A stretch of DNA of 62,110 nucleotides, counting the filler, from Actinomycetota bacterium (GTDB lineage Bacteria; Actinomycetota; Acidimicrobiia; IMCC26256; VFJJ01), in the NCBI GenBank assembly GCA_009886115.1. It is 4 parts of 4 records of this genome, joined end to end, with 100 filler letters (N's around TTAATTAATTAA, not from the genome) between each part and the next. Parts side by side here need not be neighbours in the genome. Positions count along the whole stretch, not along the records: positions 35,492 to 62,110 come from VFJJ01000125.1; 3 more parts are not named here. One strand, given 5' to 3'. The notes below the pieces were generated by a model that ran no database searches, was not told where the DNA came from, and worked only from the letters and a program-made list of their open reading frames with translations. Positions 50,462 to 58,521 of this stretch are shown in pieces; position 1 is the first letter of the stretch; each line of letters opens with the position of its first letter. The position numbers were made by a program, and so were the translations under genes.

Positions 50462-53173
50462 ATGGAGAGCCCGCCGACCGGCACGGTGACGTTCTTGTTC
50501 TCGGACATCGAGGGTTCGACGCGTCGGTGGCAGGACGAGCCGGACGCGATGCGGGCGTTGCTCACCGAGCACGACGCGATCTGGCGTGAGGTGATCGAGA
50601 AGCACCGGGGTCATCTGTTCAAGCACACCGGTGATGGCGTGGCGGCGGTGTTCGCGTCGGCGGCTGATGCGTGTGCGGCTGCGGTGGATGCTCAGGCGCG
50701 GCTGGCCGGCGTGTTGCCGGTGCGGGTGGGGTTGCACACCGGTGAGGCGGAGTTGCGCGACGGGGACTACTTCGGCTCCACGTTGAACCGGTGCGCGCGC
50801 CTGATGGGGATCGCGCACGGTGGCCAGATCGTGTGTAGCGCGGCCACAGCCGAGCTGGTGCGCGACCGCGACGATCTGCGCGACCTGGGCGAGCATCGCC
50901 TGCGGGACTTGAGTCGTGGGGAGCGGGTGTGGCAGGTCGGCGCGGGTGAGTTCCCGGCGTTGCGGTCGTTGACCGCAGCGTCGACGAACCTGCCGTTCCT
51001 GTTGTCGTCGTTCGTGGGCCGTGAGGCGGAGATGGCCGAGCTCGTGGCGGCGGTGGGTGAGTCGCGTCTGGTGACCTTGACCGGGGTGGGTGGCGTCGGG
51101 AAGACGCGTTTGGCGTTGCAGGTCGCGGGGGAGGTCTTGCCCGGGTTCGTGGATGGCGTGTGGCTGGCCGAGCTAGCGGCGGCGGCGAACGGTGACGAGA
51201 TGGTGCAGGTGGTGGCCTTGGCGTTGGGGGTGGTGCAGCGCCAGCAGATGACGTTGGCGGAGTCGATCGTCGACTTCCTGCGGACCCGCGAGATGTTGGT
51301 GGTGTTGGACAATTGCGAACACCTGCTCGACGACACGAGCGAGCTGGTCGAGGACGTGTTGGCGGGCGCGCCAAAGGTCCGGGTCCTGGCGACGAGTCGT
51401 GAAGGGTTCGGGATCCCGGGCGAGGCCGTGCGGCCGCTGCGCTCACTCGCGGCGACTGAGCAAGACGCGGAGTCGAGCGACGCGGTGGTCCTGTTCGTCG
51501 AGCGGGCCCGGGCCGTGAAGCCCGGCATCGTGCTCGACACAGATGCGGTGTCGATCGTGGTCGAGTTGTGCCGGCGATTGGACGGGATACCGCTGGCGAT
51601 CGAGCTCGCGGCGGCGCGGGTCGCCACGATGACCCCGGCCGAGATCGTCGGACATCTCGACGAACGCTTTCGGCTGTTGACCGGGGGGCGCCGGGGTCGG
51701 GTGGAGCGGCACCAGACGTTGCGTGCGGCGATCGAGTGGTCGTACTCGTTGCTCGAGGAGACCGAGCGAGCAGTGTTCGACCGGCTCGGGGTGTTCCCGG
51801 CGAGCTTCGACGAGGCCGCCGCAGTGGCGGTGTGTGCCGGCGACGGAGTCGAGCGGTGGGATGTGATCGACGCGATGGCCGGCTTGGCGACCAAGTCGAT
51901 GGTCAACACCGAACAACATGGAGACGTGACGCGCTATCAGTTGCTCGAGACGCTGCGGCACTTCTCCCGTGACCGCGCCGACGACCTCGATGAGTTGCGG
52001 CGACGCCACGCCCGCCATTTCGCCGGCGTGGCGGAGGCGTTCTCGTCCGGGCTCAGGAGCCCGGACGAGTTCGCGTGGCGGCCACGGCTCGTCGCCGAAC
52101 TCGACAACCTGCGCGCCGCTGCGGGATGGGCGTTCGACGCTGCTGGCCTCGACGACGTCGGGTTCGGCGTTCGCATCATCGACGCGCTGCTGCACGAAGC
52201 CGGGGACCGGCTGTCGTGGGGGATCCAGGCCTGGGCCGCGCCGGGTTTGGCGCGCGTGGATGATCTCGAGGCCGCCCAGCGGGCCACGCTGTTCACCGCC
52301 GCGAGCCAGGCCGAGTTCCTCCTCGGCGATCTCGAGCGGGCCCGACAGCTTGCGGCGCGCGCCCTTGCGGACACGCCGATCCTCTCCAACGCACACGACA
52401 TCGCAATCATCTGGCTCTGCATCGGGGAGGCCGCGCTCGGCGACCCGGCCGCGGCGATGGACTTCTTGGCCGAGGCTCGCGCGCTGGTGGAATCCGACCC
52501 GACGAGCAACAAGTGGCGGGCTGCGGGACTTCCCATCCTCGTCTCCACCATCGCGCTCATGGCCGGCGACCACGACACCGCACGGTCACAGGCCCGGCTG
52601 AGCGTCTCAAGAAATCGAGCACTGTCCAACCCGTCCATGCTGGCCCACGCGCTCGTGAACGAGGGACACGTGCTCTGCACGCAGAGTCCCACCGAGGCGC
52701 TCGCCTTGCTCGATGAGGCCATGCCCCTTCTCGAGGCCGGCTTGGTCGATTCGGTGTATTCCGGGGCGTTGCTGGATGTTGCCTTCCTGCGAGCGCCCGC
52801 CGATCTCGCCCGTGCGGCGCGTGCCGCGAGCACCGCGATCGGCGTGCTGGCCCGTACCGGCAATCGAAGCAACATCGCCGACGCGATCGCCATGGCGGCG
52901 TTCGTGACCGCGGCCCACCCCGCCTACCGGGAAGTGGCCGTCACCCTCGATGGGGCCCGCCGCGGACCGTTGCTCGGCCACATCCCGGCCCTTTTCACCA
53001 CCCCCTACCAGCCCCGCCTCGATGCCACCAGCGAAGACGTCGTGGCGGGCCTGGACCCCGCGATCGTCGGGGCCGCGCAACGGCGGGGAGCCGCGATGAC
53101 CTACGACGAGGTCACCGCGTATGCGCTCGAGCAACTTGCCCGGATCGCCGTCGAGTCCGAGGCTTCGGTATGA
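50462..53173 (+). CDS. Cyclase-STAND-helical repeat protein, copy F
   Basis: KHTGDG, LNRCAR; GVGGVGKT; start set by alignment to paralogs. Confidence 0.92.
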   Translation: MESPPTGTVTFLFSDIEGSTRRWQDEPDAMRALLTEHDAIWREVIEKHRGHLFKHTGDGVAAVFASAADACAAAVDAQARLAGVLPVRVGLHTGEAELRDGDYFGSTLNRCARLMGIAHGGQIVCSAATAELVRDRDDLRDLGEHRLRDLSRGERVWQVGAGEFPALRSLTAASTNLPFLLSSFVGREAEMAELVAAVGESRLVTLTGVGGVGKTRLALQVAGEVLPGFVDGVWLAELAAAANGDEMVQVVALALGVVQRQQMTLAESIVDFLRTREMLVVLDNCEHLLDDTSELVEDVLAGAPKVRVLATSREGFGIPGEAVRPLRSLAATEQDAESSDAVVLFVERARAVKPGIVLDTDAVSIVVELCRRLDGIPLAIELAAARVATMTPAEIVGHLDERFRLLTGGRRGRVERHQTLRAAIEWSYSLLEETERAVFDRLGVFPASFDEAAAVAVCAGDGVERWDVIDAMAGLATKSMVNTEQHGDVTRYQLLETLRHFSRDRADDLDELRRRHARHFAGVAEAFSSGLRSPDEFAWRPRLVAELDNLRAAAGWAFDAAGLDDVGFGVRIIDALLHEAGDRLSWGIQAWAAPGLARVDDLEAAQRATLFTAASQAEFLLGDLERARQLAARALADTPILSNAHDIAIIWLCIGEAALGDPAAAMDFLAEARALVESDPTSNKWRAAGLPILVSTIALMAGDHDTARSQARLSVSRNRALSNPSMLAHALVNEGHVLCTQSPTEALALLDEAMPLLEAGLVDSVYSGALLDVAFLRAPADLARAARAASTAIGVLARTGNRSNIADAIAMAAFVTAAHPAYREVAVTLDGARRGPLLGHIPALFTTPYQPRLDATSEDVVAGLDPAIVGAAQRRGAAMTYDEVTAYALEQLARIAVESEASV

Positions 53174-55812
53174 GCACGCTTCCCTCCGGCACCGTGACGT
53201 TCCTGTTCTCCGATATCGAGGGTTCGACGCGTCGGTGGCAGGACGAGCCGGAGGCGATGCGGGCGTTGCTCACCGAGCACGATGCGATCTGGCGCGACGT
53301 GATCGACAAGCACCGCGGCCACTTGTTCAAGCACACCGGTGATGGCGTGGCGGCGGTGTTCGGGTCGGCGGGCGACGCGGTGACCGCGGCGGTCGACGCA
53401 AAGGCGCGGTTGGCTGATGTGTTGCCGGTGCGGATGGGGTTGCACACCGGTGAAGCGGAGCTGCGCGAGGGGGACTACTTCGGGTCGACGTTGAACCGGT
53501 GCGCGCGCCTGATGGGCATCGCCCACGGTGGTCAGGTGGTCTGCAGCGCGGCGACGGTCGAGTTGGCGCGCGATCGCGACGATCTCCGAGATCTGGGCGA
53601 GCATCGCCTCCGGGACCTGAGTCGCGCGGAGCGGGTGTGGCAGATCGGTGCGGGGGAGTTCCCGGCGTTGCGGTCGTTGAGTGCCACGCCATCGAATCTG
53701 CCGACGGTGTCGACGGAGCTGGTGGGCCGTGGTGACGACGTCGAGGAGTTGTCGCGGCTGGTGCGCGGTGATCGGGTGGTGACGTTGACCGGCACGGGTG
53801 GGGTGGGCAAGACCCGCTTGTCGTTGGCGGTCGCCGCGGCAGTGGCGCCGGAGTTCTTCGACGGAGTGTGGTTCGTCGAGCTCGCCCCGGTGGCCGACGC
53901 AGCGGGGATCGAGCGTGCCGTGGCGTCGGCGCTCGGCGTCGGCGCCACGACCGACATCGGCCGGGCCGGTTTGGTGAACTACCTGCGCGGTCGGCGGTTG
54001 GTGCTGGTGCTCGACAACTGCGAGCACGTGCTCGACGATGCGGCCGACTTCGTCACCGCGGTGATCGGCGCGGCGCCCGAGGCGCACGTGGTGACGACGT
54101 CGCGCGAGCCCCTGGGGGTTGACGGCGAAGTGGTCCGCCGGGTGCGTTCGCTCGGTGTGCCCGGCGACGCGGAGGATTCCGCGGCCGTCGACGCGTCGGA
54201 CGCGGTGCGAATGTTCGTGGAACGGGCGTCGGCCGCGAGCGGCGACTTCGTCCTGAACGCCGGCAACCGTGCGGCGGTGGTGGAGATCTGTCGCAAGCTC
54301 GATGGGATCCCGTTGGCGCTCGAGCTCGCGGCGGCGCGCGTGCGGGGGATGACCCCGGCCCAGATCGCGGCGCGGCTCGACGAGCGGTTCCGGTTGCTGT
54401 CGGGGGCTCGTCGCGCCCAGGAACGGCACCGCACGCTGCAGGCCGCGGTGTCGTGGTCCTATGACCTGTTGTCCCTTGACGAAAAGCGCGTGTTCCGCCG
54501 GTTGTCGGTGTTCCCGTCGAGTTTCGACGCGGCCGCCGCCGACGCGGTGGCCGGTGACGGCGGCGACGTGTTCGATGTCGTGCTGCGTCTGGTGGATCGC
54601 TCGTTGGCGCAACACGACCCCACCACCGGCCGCTACCGGTTGTTGGAGACGTTGCGGCAGTTCGGCGCCGAACGCGCCGTCGACGCGGACGAGGCCGACG
54701 AGGTCCGCGATCGCTACGTCGACCACTACCTGCAGCTGGCGCGCGACATCGGTCCGGGATTCAAGGACCCGAGGCGATTCGTGAGCGCGGTCGCCACGCT
54801 CGAGGCAGAGATGGAGAACCTCGCCGCCGTCGCGGAGCTGCTCTTCGACGACGGGAGGTGGCGCGAGCTGCACCAGTTCTGTCTGGATGCACACGCCTTC
54901 CTGGCGTCGAGTGCGCCGCGGTCGTTCGAGCGCTGGCTCGACGCCGCGGTCGACTCGGACACCAGCGCCGGCACGCAGGAACGAATCGACGCGCTCGGCT
55001 GGATCGCGTGGAGCGCGAGCGCGTCGGGAGCGATGGAGCTCGCCGCGCGGCGGGCGGCCGAGAGCGTCGCGCTCGCCACCGACTGCGGCCTCCCCCCGAG
55101 CCCGGCGGCGTTCTGGGTCCTTGGTGTTCTGGCGGGCATCGAGGGTCGCTCGGACGACTACCTCGGCCACGCGACGGCCGCGATGCAGACCGCGGAGCAG
55201 CGGGACGACCGGTTCAACGCGCTGTTCATGCGGGCCGGCTGGCTCGACGCGCATCTGCGGGTCCACGGATACGACGCCGACGAGGCGCTCGTCGAGGACG
55301 TGCTCCGCGAGACCATCGAACACCCCGCGGCGTACGCATCCGCGGTGCTCGGCGCGGCGATGACCGCGGTGTTGGTGGCGCGCGACCTCGAACGCGGGCT
55401 GCGCTACCTCGAGACCGTCGTCGACCGCCGGACGATCGGCCCGGTCCCCGAGACGTGGCTCGCCATCCTCCACGCGTTGGCGCTGACCGACGTCGCCCCG
55501 CACGCGGGGGTCGGCTTCGCGGCCCGGGCTGCGCGTCTCAGCGACCGGTCCGGGTCGGAGTGGGGGACGTACGGCGCGGTGCTGGCGCTCGCGGTGCTGG
55601 CCGCCCGCACCGGCCGCCTCGAGGCCGCACAACAGCTCTCCGCCCACGCCGAGGCGTCGCCGCACTTGCATCTGACCAACTGGTTCGGGTGGCCCCGCGC
55701 CGACACGCTGGCCGCGCTCGAGACCGCCGGCTGTGCGATCCCGGTCGTCGCCCACGAGCTCTCTCGCCAGGAGCTGTTCGCGATCGTCGCGGAGTTGGAG
55801 GCCGCATCGTGA
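53170..55812 (+). CDS. Cyclase-STAND-helical repeat protein, copy G
   Basis: ATGA overlap; KHTGDG, LNRCAR; GTGGVGKT. Confidence 0.92.
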   Translation: MSTLPSGTVTFLFSDIEGSTRRWQDEPEAMRALLTEHDAIWRDVIDKHRGHLFKHTGDGVAAVFGSAGDAVTAAVDAKARLADVLPVRMGLHTGEAELREGDYFGSTLNRCARLMGIAHGGQVVCSAATVELARDRDDLRDLGEHRLRDLSRAERVWQIGAGEFPALRSLSATPSNLPTVSTELVGRGDDVEELSRLVRGDRVVTLTGTGGVGKTRLSLAVAAAVAPEFFDGVWFVELAPVADAAGIERAVASALGVGATTDIGRAGLVNYLRGRRLVLVLDNCEHVLDDAADFVTAVIGAAPEAHVVTTSREPLGVDGEVVRRVRSLGVPGDAEDSAAVDASDAVRMFVERASAASGDFVLNAGNRAAVVEICRKLDGIPLALELAAARVRGMTPAQIAARLDERFRLLSGARRAQERHRTLQAAVSWSYDLLSLDEKRVFRRLSVFPSSFDAAAADAVAGDGGDVFDVVLRLVDRSLAQHDPTTGRYRLLETLRQFGAERAVDADEADEVRDRYVDHYLQLARDIGPGFKDPRRFVSAVATLEAEMENLAAVAELLFDDGRWRELHQFCLDAHAFLASSAPRSFERWLDAAVDSDTSAGTQERIDALGWIAWSASASGAMELAARRAAESVALATDCGLPPSPAAFWVLGVLAGIEGRSDDYLGHATAAMQTAEQRDDRFNALFMRAGWLDAHLRVHGYDADEALVEDVLRETIEHPAAYASAVLGAAMTAVLVARDLERGLRYLETVVDRRTIGPVPETWLAILHALALTDVAPHAGVGFAARAARLSDRSGSEWGTYGAVLALAVLAARTGRLEAAQQLSAHAEASPHLHLTNWFGWPRADTLAALETAGCAIPVVAHELSRQELFAIVAELEAAS

Positions 55813-58517
55813 TGGCGATTCCTTCCGGCACGGTGACGTTCCTGTTCTCGGACATCGAGGGTTCGACGCGTCGGTGGCAGGACGAGCCGGAGGCGATGCG
55901 GGCGTGGCTGGTGGAGCACGATGCGATCTGGCGTGAGGTGATCGAGAAGCACCGGGGTCATTTGTTCAAGCACACGGGTGACGGCGTCGCGGCGGTGTTC
56001 TCGTCGGCGTCTGATGCGGTGGACGCGGCGGTCGACGCAAAGGCGCGGTTGGCCGAGGTGTTGCCGGTGCGGATGGGGTTGCACACCGGTGAAGCCGAGT
56101 TGCGCGACGGAGACTATTTCGGGTCGACGTTGAACCGGTGCGCGCGCCTGATGGGGATCGCGCACGGCGGCCAAGTGGTCTGCAGCGCGGCGACGGTCGA
56201 GTTGGTGCGTGATCGCGATGATCTGCGCGATCTGGGTGAGCATCGTCTCCGGGACTTGAGTCGTGCGGAGCGGGTGTGGCAGATCGGCGGCGGCGAGTTC
56301 CCGGCGTTGCGTTCGTTGACCGCGGCGTCGACGAACCTGCCGTCATTGGGGAACGCGTTCATAGGTCGGGTGGCCGAGCTCGACGCGGTTGCGAAGGAGT
56401 TGTCCGAGGCGCGGCTCGTGACCTTGACCGGGGTCGGCGGGGTGGGCAAGACCCGGTTGGCGATGCAGGTTGCGGCCGAGGCGCTGCCTCGCTTCGTCGA
56501 CGGGGTGTGGTTGTGCGAGCTCGCCGCGGCGGCGAACGCCGACGAGATGATGCCCGTGGTGGCCTTGGCGTTGGGCGTGGTGCAGCGCCCACAGATGACG
56601 CTGACCGAGTCGATCGTCGACTTCCTGCGCCCCCGGCAGACCCTCATCGTGTTGGACAACTGCGAGCACCTGCTCGACGCGGCGGCCGAATTGGTCGAGG
56701 ACGTGCTCGCCGGCGCACCGGGTGTGCGGGTGTTGGCCACGAGCCGCGAGGGCTTCGGGATCGCGGACGAGCGCGTGCGCCCGCTGCGGTCGCTGGCGAT
56801 CGCGGCCGAGCACACCGAGACGAGCGACGCGGTCGTGCTCTTCGTGGAGCGGGCACGCGCGGTCAACCCCGACTTCACGCTCGATGCCGCGTCGGCACCC
56901 GTCGTCGCCGATCTGTGCCGGCGGCTCGACGGGATCCCGCTGGCGATCGAGCTGGCGGCCGCGCGTGTGACCGCGATGAGCCCGGCCGAGATGGTGTCGC
57001 ACCTCGACGAGCGGTTCCGGCTGTTGACGGGCGGGCGACGGGGCCGCGTCGAGCGGCATCAGACCCTGCGCGCCGCCGTCGAGTGGTCGTATTCCTTGCT
57101 CGGTGAGGTCGAGCGCTCCGTCTTCGACTGCATTGGTGTGTTCCCCTCGAGTTTCGACGAGGCTGCGGCGGTCGCGGTGTGTGCCGACGATGGCGTCGAG
57201 CGCTGGGATGTGATCGACGCACTGGCCGCGTTGGTGGCGAAGTCGATGATCGGCACCGAACGCGACAGCGGCACGACCCGTTATCAGCTGCTCGAGACGC
57301 TTCGGCACTTCGCACGCGATCGCGCGCACGACCTCGACGCGCTGCGCCGCCGCCACGCCACCTACTACGCCACGTTCGCCGAGCAGCTCGGGGCAGGTTT
57401 GCGCACGCCCGATGAGCTCGTGTGGCGTCCCCGGCTCGGGGTCGAGATCGACAACCTGCGCGCGGCGACGGCCTGGGCGTTCGACGCCGCGACGCTCGAG
57501 GAGGTTGTGATCGGTGCGCGCATCGTCGACGCACTCGTCTACGACGGTGGTACGGCAAGTGCGTCGTTTGGGATCCAGCGGTGGGCGGCTCCCGTGTTGG
57601 ACCGTGTCGACGGGTTCGAACCCCGGCATCGGGCAGCGCTGTGTGCCGCGGCCGGCGTCGAGGCGTTCCAGGCGGGCGACATCGAGGGCGGCCGGGCGCT
57701 CGCTCGCCGGGCGATCGCCGATTCGGTCAGCCTGACTCCGGCGTGCGCGGCCGCCGTGGCGTGGCTGGCGGGTTGGGAGGCCGTCCTCGGCAACGATGCC
57801 GCGTTGGCGGCGGTTCTGGCCGACGCCCATCGGTTGTTGGATGCGGTCGATGTGGGACGGGATTATTGGGCCGCCGCGCTGGCGACTGTCGAGGCGTTGG
57901 CCCCGGGCCTGGCCGGCACGTTCGATGGTGCCGTGGCCGAGAATGCGGTGGCGTTGGCCCGGCGATCGGGAGTTCCGAACCTGCTCTTCTCGGCCCTCGG
58001 AGCCTTGGGACGGGTGAACTTCAACGCCGACCCTGACGTTGCCCTGGCTGCGTACGACGAGGCGAGCGCGCTCTTCGATGCCGGCGCCGCGTCCGGGCTC
58101 TTCACGATGATGCAGCAAGACACGGCAGTGCTGCGGGCCGCGACCGGAGACCACATCGGGGCGGCCCGCGCCGCGCGCGCCGCCATCGAGCACGGGGCCC
58201 GCAACGGTGACCGCATCAACGTGGTCGACACGCTTGCGATCGCCTCGTTCGTGGCGGCGGTTCGACGTGATCTCGCGGTTTCGGCGACGCTCGTCGGGGC
58301 CCGCAACGGCCCCGCGCTCGGCGCGATCCGGCCCGGGTCGGTCTCGATCCACGTCCCCCTCATCGAGGCGGCGCTGGCGCGGGTGGCCGCCGAACTCGCC
58401 ACCGTCGCCTATGCGGCCGCGTACCAGCGCGGTGGGGCGATGAGCTACGACGAGATCGTCGCGTACGCGCTCGAGGAGCTCGGGCGGATGGCGTCCGAGC
58501 CCGCGTCCAGGGGATGA
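55812..58517 (+). CDS. Cyclase-STAND-helical repeat protein, copy H
   Basis: GTG 55809 or ATG 55812 overlapping the copy G stop; KHTGDG; GVGGVGKT. Confidence 0.92.
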   Translation: MAIPSGTVTFLFSDIEGSTRRWQDEPEAMRAWLVEHDAIWREVIEKHRGHLFKHTGDGVAAVFSSASDAVDAAVDAKARLAEVLPVRMGLHTGEAELRDGDYFGSTLNRCARLMGIAHGGQVVCSAATVELVRDRDDLRDLGEHRLRDLSRAERVWQIGGGEFPALRSLTAASTNLPSLGNAFIGRVAELDAVAKELSEARLVTLTGVGGVGKTRLAMQVAAEALPRFVDGVWLCELAAAANADEMMPVVALALGVVQRPQMTLTESIVDFLRPRQTLIVLDNCEHLLDAAAELVEDVLAGAPGVRVLATSREGFGIADERVRPLRSLAIAAEHTETSDAVVLFVERARAVNPDFTLDAASAPVVADLCRRLDGIPLAIELAAARVTAMSPAEMVSHLDERFRLLTGGRRGRVERHQTLRAAVEWSYSLLGEVERSVFDCIGVFPSSFDEAAAVAVCADDGVERWDVIDALAALVAKSMIGTERDSGTTRYQLLETLRHFARDRAHDLDALRRRHATYYATFAEQLGAGLRTPDELVWRPRLGVEIDNLRAATAWAFDAATLEEVVIGARIVDALVYDGGTASASFGIQRWAAPVLDRVDGFEPRHRAALCAAAGVEAFQAGDIEGGRALARRAIADSVSLTPACAAAVAWLAGWEAVLGNDAALAAVLADAHRLLDAVDVGRDYWAAALATVEALAPGLAGTFDGAVAENAVALARRSGVPNLLFSALGALGRVNFNADPDVALAAYDEASALFDAGAASGLFTMMQQDTAVLRAATGDHIGAARAARAAIEHGARNGDRINVVDTLAIASFVAAVRRDLAVSATLVGARNGPALGAIRPGSVSIHVPLIEAALARVAAELATVAYAAAYQRGGAMSYDEIVAYALEELGRMASEPASRG

Positions 58518-58521
58518 CCCG

